From a virus (taxonomy: Duplodnaviria; Caudoviricetes), in IMG/VR virus record IMGVR_UViG_3300027804_001810, positions 1 to 64,000 of that record: a DNA stretch of 64,000 nucleotides; one strand, given 5' to 3'. Positions within the stretch are counted from its first letter, which is position 1. Every line of letters begins with the position of its first letter. This document shows positions 19,957-29,382 of this stretch, in pieces. Under the pieces are notes generated by a model, which ran no database searches, was not told where the DNA came from, and was given only the letters and a program-made list of their open reading frames with translations. The position numbers were made by a program, and so were the translations under genes.

Positions 19957-21780
19957 TTAAGGCACAATTAGATCTAGTTGTCTCACATCAAATTCTGATG
20001 TCTTAATATCTATATGATTTTTAGTGAAGGGAGTTTCGTGCAGATGTGCGTTCTGATATCCAGCTCTGGTTGGATCTGGCATACTAGGATCAGATCCATC
20101 AGTACCAGCAAACACCATAAGTTTTAAACAACCAAGATATTTAAACAGATCAAAAATACCACATGCTTGACCAATGATAACCATGTTCTTATGTCTAACA
20201 ATATAGTCCATTAGATCTTGCAATTCATATTTGTTTAGAGGTTCAGTTCCATCAAAAGTTTTTTGATTTTTAAACACACCAGTTTTATTAGTCATATTAA
20301 CAAAAACTCTATAACCCTTCTCTTTCATCTTATCAACAACACTTTGCCAGAAAGTATCTTCCATTTGCCAACTATCACCTCTTTCTGGAAATAAAATACA
20401 GGTCTTTTCCTCAATATCTTTTTTTGCCTTTAGGTCATAGTCATATGCCTTTTGAAGGACTCCAGTATTTTGAATGTTGCTACAAAAATCCCAATAATTA
20501 AATGGCATGTGCGCCACTTTAAGTTTGCCATAACGATGAGCTTCTGCCATACAACGTGAATCTTGAGGGAAGAATCCATTACAAGACATCATGATTTCAT
20601 TTTGATCAAATGGATATCCTGTATTATTCCATATATCTCCATCAGGATACACAACAACTTCCAGACACTTGTGAGGATATGGGGTATAATTATCTAGAAC
20701 AAATTTAATTCCATTAAAAACTCTCTTTTGGCAAAGAATCTTATAAGGAACAGGTGAACGAGATTCTAAAAACATAGTAGCTGCAGTAGCATCTCCCATG
20801 CCCCAAGCCATTAGATACCAATTTTCTTTTTCGAAAATTGATCGATCAATGTTCGCAACTTCTTCTTTTGTTATCTCTCTAACATGTACTGACATTGGTT
20901 TTAAAATCTCCTCTAATTTTAGAAATGTTTCTGTTGTTGTTTGCGTATGATAATTAGTTGCATTATATAATGTGCGATTATAAAAACACTCTAAATCAGA
21001 AACATGAACATTATCTTTTGTTTGGCAAATAAGAATTTTATCCTCATCCAAAACATTTCTGTTTTGCATTGATATTGCCTGAAAAGCGCCAGAATTCTTA
21101 GCTACAATTATATCACAAAAAAGACTAAAATATGCGTTATGAATAATGTCAGACTCATGATTTCCAAAAATATTTGGAGTATGAATTACATTATTGTTTA
21201 ATGGATTAGTACCTTCATTGTTTGTATAGTAAAAATCATATTCTGGAAGTAAACCAGCAATCCTATCAATTTTGGGTATCCAGTCTTCATTATCAGTTTG
21301 CCCAGATCTTCCTTTAATATTCACAAAAAGAACTTTTTTACGTGAATTATTTTTAAGGATATCAATTGAATTTAGAGAATGTTTATCTAAAATTGATTCA
21401 AAATCAAAATTCAATCCAAGATCGTCAGGAATTTTTATATCAAAATTATTTTTTTCAAAAACATACTTCCAGAAATATTTTTGATTGGATACCATATCAT
21501 ATGGATATAGAATCTTAAGAGCTTCTGCACCATCAACATATAAATGATGATAAGATCGATCCCCAAACCAAGTAGGGATATTAATATCCCCACATAAAGT
21601 ATTGGTTGGATTTAAATTTGGTACTGTCTTTAAAAATATTTCTGGAATAATAGTTCCATCTCCACCACGAACATATTGATAATATTCATTGTCTGGATAT
21701 TTTTCTATTAATAGATTAAGAAATGGAATCGTTAAAATAAAATCACCAAGATGACCTTCAGTATAAAAACATACTTTCAT
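19957..21780 (-). CDS. Large two-domain hypothetical protein, possibly a fused GT-B/GT9-like transferase
   Basis: Two halves starting EGHLGDF and WGMGDAT, each GT9-like; context. Confidence 0.5.
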   Translation of the reverse strand: MKVCFYTEGHLGDFILTIPFLNLLIEKYPDNEYYQYVRGGDGTIIPEIFLKTVPNLNPTNTLCGDINIPTWFGDRSYHHLYVDGAEALKILYPYDMVSNQKYFWKYVFEKNNFDIKIPDDLGLNFDFESILDKHSLNSIDILKNNSRKKVLFVNIKGRSGQTDNEDWIPKIDRIAGLLPEYDFYYTNNEGTNPLNNNVIHTPNIFGNHESDIIHNAYFSLFCDIIVAKNSGAFQAISMQNRNVLDEDKILICQTKDNVHVSDLECFYNRTLYNATNYHTQTTTETFLKLEEILKPMSVHVREITKEEVANIDRSIFEKENWYLMAWGMGDATAATMFLESRSPVPYKILCQKRVFNGIKFVLDNYTPYPHKCLEVVVYPDGDIWNNTGYPFDQNEIMMSCNGFFPQDSRCMAEAHRYGKLKVAHMPFNYWDFCSNIQNTGVLQKAYDYDLKAKKDIEEKTCILFPERGDSWQMEDTFWQSVVDKMKEKGYRVFVNMTNKTGVFKNQKTFDGTEPLNKYELQDLMDYIVRHKNMVIIGQACGIFDLFKYLGCLKLMVFAGTDGSDPSMPDPTRAGYQNAHLHETPFTKNHIDIKTSEFDVRQLDLIVP

Positions 21781-21781
21781 A

Positions 21782-22870
21782 TCAAACAGGATGATACATT
21801 ACAGTATCCTTATAGACTTGAGCGTTAATCCACTCATATGTTTTACGAATTCCTTCTTCAAGAGTTTGAGAATAATCCCAACCTAGTTTCTCACGAATAA
21901 GATCGTTGTTTGAATTACGACCACGAACTCCAAGAGGACCATTAATGTGCTTCTTAGTGATTTCTTTTCCTGCAACTTTAGCAGCAGTATCTGCAAGAGT
22001 ATTAATCGTAACCATTTCTTCAGATCCAATATTAACAGGACCGATAAACTCAGATTCCATTAAACGTCGAGTCGCTTCAATACATTCATCAATGTAAAGG
22101 AATGAACGTGTTTGCTCACCATCACCCCAGATTTCAACTTCACCACCACCAGGAGGAAGTTCAGCAACCTTACGACACATAGCAGCAGGAGACTTTTCTC
22201 TGCCGCCAGTCCAAGTGCCTTCTGGACCAAAAATATTGTGGTAGCGAGCAATTCTTACAGGAATTTTGTGATTTCGGTTGTAAGCGAGGAACATACGCTC
22301 AGAGAACAACTTCTCCCAACCATATTCAGAATCAGGTCCAGCAGGATAAGCATCGCTCTCTTTTAGTCCTGGATTGTTTACATCCATCTGTGCATACTCT
22401 GGATACATGCAAGCAGAAGAAGAATAGAAGATTTGAGTTTTATTTTGATCTTTAAGTTGATTCAGTTCTTTTTGACATTCAAGAACATTCAGATTAATTT
22501 GAATAGAATTGTGCATAATTTCTGCATCATTCTCACCACTGAAAACAAATCCAGCACCACCCATATCAGCAGCGAACTGATAAATCTCATCAAAAGGTTC
22601 TACAAATTTATCAATAACTGAATGATAATAATTTCCCTGATATCCAGCAAAACGAACACAGCGTTTAACAGTATCAAGATCTCTCAAATCACCTTGAATG
22701 AATTCATCTGCTGCCGTTTCAGAATATTCGGGGCGTTTAAGATCTACACCACGCACCCAATATCCTTCGCTTTTAAGTCTACGCACCATATGACTTCCGA
22801 TAAAGCCACCAGCGCCACACACAAGAGCAGTTTTTTGTCTTGTTGTCATATTAGTTAACCTCTGTTGCAA
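21782..22870 (-). CDS. GDP-mannose 3,5-epimerase (GME)-like protein
   Basis: GAGGFIG, AADMGG, SSACMYP, YGWEK, REKSPAAMCRK. Confidence 0.88.
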   Translation of the reverse strand: MQQRLTNMTTRQKTALVCGAGGFIGSHMVRRLKSEGYWVRGVDLKRPEYSETAADEFIQGDLRDLDTVKRCVRFAGYQGNYYHSVIDKFVEPFDEIYQFAADMGGAGFVFSGENDAEIMHNSIQINLNVLECQKELNQLKDQNKTQIFYSSSACMYPEYAQMDVNNPGLKESDAYPAGPDSEYGWEKLFSERMFLAYNRNHKIPVRIARYHNIFGPEGTWTGGREKSPAAMCRKVAELPPGGGEVEIWGDGEQTRSFLYIDECIEATRRLMESEFIGPVNIGSEEMVTINTLADTAAKVAGKEITKKHINGPLGVRGRNSNNDLIREKLGWDYSQTLEEGIRKTYEWINAQVYKDTVMYHPV

Positions 22871-22885
22871 ATTAATCTATGTATA

Positions 22886-24043
22886 TTATACACCCATAAG
22901 GGTAATAAGTCTATTGATCTGGCGCTTCGTCACAAACTGACTGTTGCCAACATATAGTCCATTGTTATGAAGAATAGAAACATTTGAAACTTCTTTATTA
23001 GTGCAAAGTTTATACTTCTTAAACGCAGGATGTAAAAGTAGATTCCCACTAATAATAGGACGATACTCGATGCCATTCGACTTTAATTTTTCTTTAAGTT
23101 CTGCACATGCAGATTGACTTTTAGAAATAATTGGGAAAGAAAAGCTACTATTACCTTTTTGATATTCAGGAATCAAATAGTCTTCGGATTTATAAATTTC
23201 ATCCCACCAGTATTTAAAGTTTTCTCTACGAATACTAATATTTTTATCTAACTTTTTGATTTGAGATAATCCAAGGACAGCGCAGACTTCATGATTCCTA
23301 AAATTATACCCATCCGTCATAAACAAAAATGCAGGATCAATATTAGGATTTTGTTTTCTGTAAACTTCAAAAACTTCTTTAGATGCTTCACGCGCCATAC
23401 CATGACTACGCTTCATACGCATTAGTTCATAAAGTTCAGTATTGTTTGTGCAAACAACACCACCTTCAATCGTTGTAATATGATGCCCAAAATAAAAGCT
23501 AAAGGTAGATCCAATAGAATCAACTCCACGCTTTTTCCCATTACGATCTTCAACTCCATGAGATTCGCAAACATCTTCTAGGATAAGAGCATTTGGAAAA
23601 ATCTCACGAACTTTTTCTACATTTGAAGAAAGACCAATCAAATGAGTGATAAAAACTGCCTTAATATCTGGATGTTGAGTTGCAATATATTTTAACTCAT
23701 CAATATCAAAAGAAAAATTCTTTAAGTTAATATCACAAAAAATTGGTTTCAATCCAGCCTGAATGATAGGGGCAACATTAGTCATCCAAGTAGTGGCAGG
23801 AACTAATACCTTATCATTGTTCTTCAACTTATAAAGTTCCTTTACTGCAGAAACTAAAAGTGAATTTGCAGTAGATCCACTAGAAACGTAGAGAGAGTGT
23901 TTAACACCTAACCACTCCGACCATTCCTTCTCAAATTGACGAACCTTTGGTCCGTTAGTTAACCTGCTACTTGTCAAAATAAAAGCAGCCATTTTAATAC
24001 GATCACTTAAGGTAATCGTATCTTTCATTAAAGGCCAATACAT
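22886..24043 (-). CDS. colD: ColD-like GDP-4-keto-6-deoxymannose 3-dehydratase (DegT family, His-type)
   Basis: FSFYFGHHITTIEGG with His at the PLP-Lys position; no Fe-S Cys cluster; next to gmd. Confidence 0.75.
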   Translation of the reverse strand: MYWPLMKDTITLSDRIKMAAFILTSSRLTNGPKVRQFEKEWSEWLGVKHSLYVSSGSTANSLLVSAVKELYKLKNNDKVLVPATTWMTNVAPIIQAGLKPIFCDINLKNFSFDIDELKYIATQHPDIKAVFITHLIGLSSNVEKVREIFPNALILEDVCESHGVEDRNGKKRGVDSIGSTFSFYFGHHITTIEGGVVCTNNTELYELMRMKRSHGMAREASKEVFEVYRKQNPNIDPAFLFMTDGYNFRNHEVCAVLGLSQIKKLDKNISIRRENFKYWWDEIYKSEDYLIPEYQKGNSSFSFPIISKSQSACAELKEKLKSNGIEYRPIISGNLLLHPAFKKYKLCTNKEVSNVSILHNNGLYVGNSQFVTKRQINRLITLMGV

Positions 24044-24060
24044 TTAAGTTCCTCCAAACA

Positions 24061-25068
24061 TCAAAATTTTATCTCATTGAGACACATATCTCTCACCAGT
24101 TCATCAAATGAAATCTTTGGCTCCCAACCAAGTTTATTTCTAGCTTTAGATGAATCACCAACAAGAGTATCAACTTCAGAAGGTCTGAAGTACTTATCAC
24201 TTACACGAATTACAACCTGATCGCTATTAGTATCGATACCAATCTCATCAAGACCTTCACCTTCCCACACAATATTCATGCCAAAGTATGGGGCACATTT
24301 TTCAACAAATTCACGAACAGAATGTTGCTCTTCAGTTGCGATTACATAATCATCAGGTTCATCTTGCTGAAGCATTAACCACATTGCCTCAACAAAATCC
24401 TTTGCATGTCCCCAATCACGCTTTGCATTCAGATTTCCTAGAGGTAGATACTCAAGCAAACCAGATTTAACTTTGGATAATCCAATTGAAATCTTACGTG
24501 TTACAAAAGTTTCTCCACGACGAGGAGATTCATGGTTGAAAAGAATTCCAGAACTAGCATGAATCCCCATGGATTCCCTATAGTTTTTTGTAATCCAGTG
24601 CCCATAAAGTTTTGCCACACCATAAGGTGAGCGAGGATAAAATGGTGTCGTTTCTCTCTGAGGAATTTCCTGAACCATACCAAACATCTCAGAAGTAGAC
24701 GCTTGATAGAAGCGCACATTCTTATCCATTCCAAGAATACAAAGACTATGGAGAATACGAACAGCACCTAGGGCATCTACTTCTGCAGTATAAGCAGGCA
24801 TTTGAAAAGACACTTTTACATGACTTTGTGCTGCAAGATTATAAATCTCTGTTGGTTCAACTTCCTGAACTACATGAAGAATATTTGTAGAATCTGTTAG
24901 ATCAGCATGATGAAGAATCACATCTTGAGACAAATGATCAATTCTAGTATTGTTAATTGTTGAACTCCTTCTTATAGTCCCATGGACTTCATATCCCTTT
25001 TGAAGGAGGAGTTCAGCAAGATAAGATCCGTCTTGCCCAGTTATTCCAGTTATTAAAGCTCTTTTCAT
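24061..25068 (-). CDS. gmd: GDP-mannose 4,6-dehydratase
   Basis: [30 protein letters not shown]. Confidence 0.97.
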   Translation of the reverse strand: MKRALITGITGQDGSYLAELLLQKGYEVHGTIRRSSTINNTRIDHLSQDVILHHADLTDSTNILHVVQEVEPTEIYNLAAQSHVKVSFQMPAYTAEVDALGAVRILHSLCILGMDKNVRFYQASTSEMFGMVQEIPQRETTPFYPRSPYGVAKLYGHWITKNYRESMGIHASSGILFNHESPRRGETFVTRKISIGLSKVKSGLLEYLPLGNLNAKRDWGHAKDFVEAMWLMLQQDEPDDYVIATEEQHSVREFVEKCAPYFGMNIVWEGEGLDEIGIDTNSDQVVIRVSDKYFRPSEVDTLVGDSSKARNKLGWEPKISFDELVRDMCLNEIKF

Positions 25069-25114
25069 ATAGAATGATTACTATAGGTATTAATTGTACC
25101 ACATTTATACTTGT

Positions 25115-25981
25115 TTAGTCAATAGCAATTGATTTCAAATACTTTCCATATCCACTTTTTGCAAAAGTATCAGCGAGTTCTAAAAGTTGATCCTTTGTAA
25201 TCCACTTTTTTCTATATGCAATTTCTTCTGGGCATGATATTTTTTTACCTTGAATTTTTTCAACTGTTGAAATAAAATTCGATGCCATCAGCAGAGAATC
25301 AAAAGTACCAGCATCAATCCATGCCATTCCTCTACAAAGTGGAATTACATTAAGATCATTGTTATTAAGATATATTTTATTCAAATCAGTAATTTCTAAT
25401 TCTCCTCTTGGAGACTCAACGATTTCTTTAGCATAATTAACAACTCTATTATCATAGAAATAAATTCCAACTACCGCCCTGTTTGATTTTGGATCTTTTG
25501 GTTTTTCTTCTATAGAAATAACTTTATTATCCCTATCCGATTCTATAACACCAAATCTATGAGGATCTTGAACTTCGTATGAAAGAATTGTTGCTCCACT
25601 ATTTTCTTGGCACAATTTTAAAACTTTAGTTAATTCATTGCCATACAAAATATTATCACCAAGAATCAAACAAACATTATCATTTCCAATAAATTCTTCC
25701 GCAATTAAGAATGCTTCTGATATACCTTTTGGCTCAAACTGAACATCATAGACAATATGAATTCCCCATTGAGATCCATCACCTAAAAGTTCCATAAACT
25801 GATTGATATATTCTGGGGTAGAGATGATTAAGATCTCTTTGATTCCCGCAAGCATTAAAGTACTAATAGGATAGTAAATAAGAGGTTTATCATATACATT
25901 TAAAAGTTGTTTAGATACAACTAATGAAGATGGATATAATCTTGTTCCTTGACCACCAGCCAATATAATTCCTTTGTACAT
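25115..25981 (-). CDS. rfbA: Glucose-1-phosphate thymidylyltransferase
   Basis: GIILAGGQGTRLYP, SKQLL, LGDN, RGELEITD. Confidence 0.96.
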   Translation of the reverse strand: MYKGIILAGGQGTRLYPSSLVVSKQLLNVYDKPLIYYPISTLMLAGIKEILIISTPEYINQFMELLGDGSQWGIHIVYDVQFEPKGISEAFLIAEEFIGNDNVCLILGDNILYGNELTKVLKLCQENSGATILSYEVQDPHRFGVIESDRDNKVISIEEKPKDPKSNRAVVGIYFYDNRVVNYAKEIVESPRGELEITDLNKIYLNNNDLNVIPLCRGMAWIDAGTFDSLLMASNFISTVEKIQGKKISCPEEIAYRKKWITKDQLLELADTFAKSGYGKYLKSIAID

Positions 25982-26004
25982 ATAATCTGGTAAGTGTATT
26001 TTTA

Positions 26005-26040
26005 ATTATACTAAAAAAGGAGAGTTTATGCAACTCTCCC
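26005..26040 (-). promoter_or_regulatory. Terminator hairpin with overlapping sigma70 promoter (TTGCAT-N17-TATAAT) driving the glycan cluster
   Basis: GGAGAGTT/AACTCTCC stem plus T6; -35 at 26028-26033, -10 at 26005-26010. Confidence 0.75.
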
Positions 26041-26049
26041 ATTAGGTCT

Positions 26050-26192
26050 TTCATGCACGCCACCAATTCTTTGACTGGAAATTGGAAACCAGGCGGGAGA
26101 GAGTCCCATCCGCACCACTTGCTTTTGAGAAAAGCAAGAAAACAATAGGGTCATATTGACTCCACCACTTGGTTTTAGGAAACCAAGAAAAG
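26050..26192 (-). ncRNA. wcaG-like structured RNA: three tandem TTTC-hairpin-TGGYG units
   Basis: Hairpins CTTGGTT/AACCAAG, CTTGCTTTT/AAAAGCAAG, CCAATT/AATTGG each followed by TGGTG; upstream of polysaccharide genes; family name is from recall, not a Rfam search. Confidence 0.6.
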
Positions 26193-26402
26193 TTGGGTTA
26201 ACTTTGATATCTCGGTAATACCAAAGAATGCGATTAAAAATAACACATCCCAAAGTTTGAGTTTGATGGCAAAAGGAATACCGAGCAGTCCCCCGATAAA
26301 CTTGATTGCCAAACCACTTTTAAAATCTCCCCACAACATGATTTGATAACCAAGTAAAAGGAGAAAGTTCCCGATGTATCTCAGGATACTTGTTTTAGAC
26401 AT
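26175..26402 (-). CDS. Small hydrophobic membrane protein
   Basis: 75 aa, 2-3 hydrophobic segments. Confidence 0.7.
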   Translation of the reverse strand: MSKTSILRYIGNFLLLLGYQIMLWGDFKSGLAIKFIGGLLGIPFAIKLKLWDVLFLIAFFGITEISKLTQLFLVS

Positions 26403-26428
26403 AAGGGGTTTGCTCCCGACCAGTGCTG

Positions 26429-26683
26429 TTATAGACCATCCGTGTCTTCTTCATCGCCTCTCACATAACAAGGTACTCTATCTGGATCTAACCATTTCGC
26501 ATACTCAATATCCTCCATTGCAGTAGAACATTGTAAAACATTATCAAAAAGATAAATGTCATTCCAGCGTTTGGTATAGTAATTTTGCTTTTGTAAGCGA
26601 TAATCGGGTTTGCCGTTTATCTCAAGGATACCTGCCTCAACGAAACGGTATCCTTCACGTTCCAGAAGAACTTTGGTTTTCAT
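26429..26683 (-). CDS. Hypothetical protein
   Basis: ORF tightly packed with neighbours. Confidence 0.75.
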   Translation of the reverse strand: MKTKVLLEREGYRFVEAGILEINGKPDYRLQKQNYYTKRWNDIYLFDNVLQCSTAMEDIEYAKWLDPDRVPCYVRGDEEDTDGL

Positions 26684-26895
26684 GCAACCTCAATAGTTTC
26701 AAGATCACTTGCGATATACTCCATAAGCATTTCGTAATCGTCAAGGGGGTCACCAGAAAATACGACACCTTCATTTTCATAAAAGCGACGAACCTTTTTA
26801 TAAAGTTTCGGATTCTTTACATCAAGGTAGATTTCCCCGTTAGCAGCAAGACGAAGAGTGCTAACATCTTTCTTGAATTTTTGGATCAGAGACAT
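26680..26895 (-). CDS. Hypothetical protein (MSLIQKFKKD...)
   Basis: ORF downstream of a consensus promoter; start revised to 26895. Confidence 0.75.
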   Translation of the reverse strand: MSLIQKFKKDVSTLRLAANGEIYLDVKNPKLYKKVRRFYENEGVVFSGDPLDDYEMLMEYIASDLETIEVA

Positions 26896-26917
26896 TGTTT
26901 TGTTTGTTGACCTAGTT

Positions 26918-26946
26918 ATTATAAGTGGTTTAGACTTGTGTGTCAA
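26918..26946 (-). promoter_or_regulatory. Consensus sigma70 promoter TTGACA-N17-TATAAT
   Basis: Exact consensus; preceded by TGGCACAC, as is the promoter at 35612-35640. Confidence 0.85.
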
Positions 26947-26970
26947 GTGTGCCAGTGAAGTAACTGGCAA

Positions 26971-27044
26971 TCGGGGTGAAAGGATTCGAACCTTCGACCT
27001 CCCGCTCCCAAAGCGGATGCGCTACCAAACTGCGCTACACCCCG
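26971..27044 (-). tRNA. tRNA-Pro(TGG)
   Basis: Cloverleaf, GTTCGAATC T-arm, anticodon loop TTTGGGA. Confidence 0.95.
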
Positions 27045-27055
27045 TTATGATAAAT

Positions 27056-27367
27056 TTACTTATCACTAATTGATGCAATCTCGTAAGAACCAGATTCCTC
27101 AATATCTGTTAATTCTACCACAGGTCCATCACCTTTGGCAACCATGTCTTCCAAAAAATATTTTTTCAATTCTCCAATGGACTTTACTACACGCGAATCA
27201 TTCTCAAACTCCACCCACCATCCAAGTTGCTCATCATAATTAGCATCAAATACAGGTTCAATAACCATATGAACTTTATATCCGTGCTTTTTTTCTGCTT
27301 CAAAAATTAAATTTGATATTTCAGATTCTATACCAAGATCTGCACTCAATGCTTCAGGATTTAACAT
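27056..27367 (-). CDS. Acidic hypothetical protein
   Basis: ORF track. Confidence 0.7.
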   Translation of the reverse strand: MLNPEALSADLGIESEISNLIFEAEKKHGYKVHMVIEPVFDANYDEQLGWWVEFENDSRVVKSIGELKKYFLEDMVAKGDGPVVELTDIEESGSYEIASISDK

Positions 27368-27370
27368 ATT

Positions 27371-27496
27371 TCAACTTTGTTTTTTTTCTTTATTATGTAT
27401 AAAAGCAATTCCCATGATTGGAAGAACTATTATACCGAATCCACAAGCTCCTATCCATATTGGACTTGCAGCAAGCACCTCTACCAAGTGAAACAT
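27371..27496 (-). CDS. Small membrane protein, 41 aa (MFHLVEVLAASPIWIGACGFGIIVLPIMGIAFIHNKEKKQS)
   Basis: Manual translation; fills the gap and is coupled to the upstream stop. Confidence 0.7.
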   Translation of the reverse strand: MFHLVEVLAASPIWIGACGFGIIVLPIMGIAFIHNKEKKQS

Positions 27497-27717
27497 TAGT
27501 ACCCCCTCCAAGTCTTAAATTCATAATAAAAATATTGGTCCACTACTCTATCATCTAATGGAGCATTTTCAGTTCTATGTGCCCACACTTCACAGAATTC
27601 TACAATACGGCGATCGTGTAATGAACTATGCCCCCACATTCTTACAAATGCTGATGCTGCGAAATGATATCGCTGTCTAATGTGCGGTTCCGTTTCCTTT
27701 ATACTTCTCGGTATCAT
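27496..27717 (-). CDS. Hypothetical protein
   Basis: GGAGGG RBS before the ATG. Confidence 0.7.
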   Translation of the reverse strand: MIPRSIKETEPHIRQRYHFAASAFVRMWGHSSLHDRRIVEFCEVWAHRTENAPLDDRVVDQYFYYEFKTWRGY

Positions 27718-27799
27718 AATACCCTCCTTTTGTTCCGAAATAAAGAGTTGTTAATATGAAAGGAATTGAAACAAATAAAAGTGCTTTTGCTAATAACAT
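27677..27799 (-). CDS. Small membrane protein, 40 aa (MLLAKALLFVSIPFILTTLYFGTKGGYYDTEKYKGNGTAH)
   Basis: Manual translation; ATG overlaps the PTOX stop. Confidence 0.65.
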   Translation of the reverse strand: MLLAKALLFVSIPFILTTLYFGTKGGYYDTEKYKGNGTAH

Positions 27800-28299
27800 C
27801 AGACCATCTCCATTGCTCTTGAGAGTTCAATATAGTGATTAATTTCATCCACTGCGATTTCACCTATTCTGGCGTCTTCTGGATGATCCCAGAAGTAGTT
27901 TAGATAGGTCTCAGTGGCGTGATACTCAATACCTGCGTTCAGGTGATAAGCAGAGACAGGAGCAATAAAGTAATAACCCACCAGAATCCAATAATAGATG
28001 AGAACCAAGTGATAAGCAATAAAGCGGTCATACCAACGGTCGGCACCACCACGCCTTTCCATTTCGATGAGATGTTCGGTTTCATTGAGTGTTTGTGCAA
28101 AGTGTTCTTTCATTAAGTAGTAGTGTGATAGATCTCTGAGTCCTAGTGATTCTTTGAGATGTAGCACACTTACAAAAGCAAAGTATGGTGCTCTGGCAAT
28201 TGTTTCCAGAACCCAGAATCTTTGTATGGGTAAATCACGATACAGAAAGTCAATGATTGATATCGTGACTAATAGAATTGTACCGTTGATTTTTTTCAT
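27799..28299 (-). CDS. ptox: Plastoquinol terminal oxidase
   Basis: RFWVLETIARAPYF, NETEHL, IEYHATETY, DEINH diiron motifs. Confidence 0.93.
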   Translation of the reverse strand: MKKINGTILLVTISIIDFLYRDLPIQRFWVLETIARAPYFAFVSVLHLKESLGLRDLSHYYLMKEHFAQTLNETEHLIEMERRGGADRWYDRFIAYHLVLIYYWILVGYYFIAPVSAYHLNAGIEYHATETYLNYFWDHPEDARIGEIAVDEINHYIELSRAMEMV

Positions 28300-28511
28300 A
28301 AAAATACACCTGGTTTGTAATCTACTAACTTTTGAATCTCATCCAGAAGTGCTCCATACTCCCTGAATCTTCTATCTCCAGCAATAAAATGCCTTTGTCT
28401 TGTCCAGACTGCATCTGCTAAGAGTTTGAGTTCATATTCTGATAATCCGTTAAATCTTTCCATATCATCCCCTATTGTGGATATGCGTGTGTAAGACCCC
28501 ACCAAATCCAC
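28296..28511 (-). CDS. Hypothetical protein (start possibly at MERFNG)
   Basis: ORF track. Confidence 0.65.
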   Translation of the reverse strand: MDLVGSYTRISTIGDDMERFNGLSEYELKLLADAVWTRQRHFIAGDRRFREYGALLDEIQKLVDYKPGVFL

Positions 28512-28556
28512 AGCCCCATAATTGAACTATAGAGAAGTGTTGTAAAGAAAAGCGTT

Positions 28557-28847
28557 TTAAACATCTTCCTCATCCTCGTAAGTTGAAGGTTCTTCAAATA
28601 ATTCGTCTATCTTCTGCTGTAAAACTCTTTTTTGGAGTTCTTCTAAATCTTCTTCCGTAATTCTAAGCACAAGTAATGGATCTCCTGCCTTAACGTCGTT
28701 CATTTCTGGATGCTTCACTTTTGGACTTTTTGAATATCCGTGATGAGCATTCATAATCATCCAACCTTGTACAAACATTGATATGGCAATCCCTACAAGA
28801 ACAAACCAAGGAACCAAAAAGATTAGTTCAGAGTGATTTTGAGCCAT
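28557..28847 (-). CDS. Hypothetical membrane protein
   Basis: N-terminal TM helix, KHPEM motif, acidic tail. Confidence 0.7.
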   Translation of the reverse strand: MAQNHSELIFLVPWFVLVGIAISMFVQGWMIMNAHHGYSKSPKVKHPEMNDVKAGDPLLVLRITEEDLEELQKRVLQQKIDELFEEPSTYEDEEDV

Positions 28848-29026
28848 GGTAGAAGTGGCGGAATAACTCCAACCAACCTTAAAAGTCCCTCAGCAAATAA
28901 AGCAAGAACCACCCAACCGACGCACATGCTAATGATAGAAGCATTACGGTTGTGTCGTCGTATAGCAGCATCAATCATCTCCTGAACTTCAGAACGAGTT
29001 ACCAATTCTTCTTGTTCGTGCATCAT
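28823..29026 (-). CDS. Hypothetical membrane protein
   Basis: ORF track; C-terminal hydrophobic helix. Confidence 0.7.
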   Translation of the reverse strand: MMHEQEELVTRSEVQEMIDAAIRRHNRNASIISMCVGWVVLALFAEGLLRLVGVIPPLLPWLKITLN

Positions 29027-29172
29027 TTTTCATCACCAAGAAACTTTGCCAGAGGGTCCTTTCTGGTCTTTACAATTTCAACTGATCTTTTGTAGAACAT
29101 ATTGTCTGTATTGCCAGACTGTTCGAAGGTCTCCTTGATCTTCACCCAGTTCTCATAGGTGTGTTGATCCAT
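29023..29172 (-). CDS. Small hypothetical protein, 49 aa (MDQHTYENWVKIKETFEQSG...)
   Basis: Manual translation; stop overlaps the next ATG. Confidence 0.7.
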   Translation of the reverse strand: MDQHTYENWVKIKETFEQSGNTDNMFYKRSVEIVKTRKDPLAKFLGDEK

Positions 29173-29284
29173 AGGGCTTAGGTTGAATACTACTAGTTAT
29201 GCTAGTCAGTAGTTTCAACATGTCAAGTTTGTGTTGATACAAAAATATATATTAAGAAAATCTAAAATCTTGTAATAATTGTAA

Positions 29285-29371
29285 CGGAAGCGACTGGATT
29301 CGAACCAGTGGAGGTCTTACCCTCATTTGTTTTCAAGACAAACGCAATAAACCGGACTCTGCCACGCTTCC
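29285..29371 (-). tRNA. tRNA-Ser(TGA)
   Basis: Long variable arm, anticodon loop CTTGAAA. Confidence 0.93.
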
Positions 29372-29382
29372 AATAAAAGTCC

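Noticed and set aside
14816-24043. DegT-family genes as sugar aminotransferases (perosamine synthase)
   Set aside because: Both have His instead of the Schiff-base Lys, diagnostic of 3-dehydratases
26050-26192. CRISPR-like repeat array
   Set aside because: The units are diverged hairpins with only short shared motifs, no identical repeats with unique spacers, and no cas genes
26026-26253. 75-aa ORF in the track
   Set aside because: It overlaps the structured RNA, the terminator and a better ORF, and has no protein-like features
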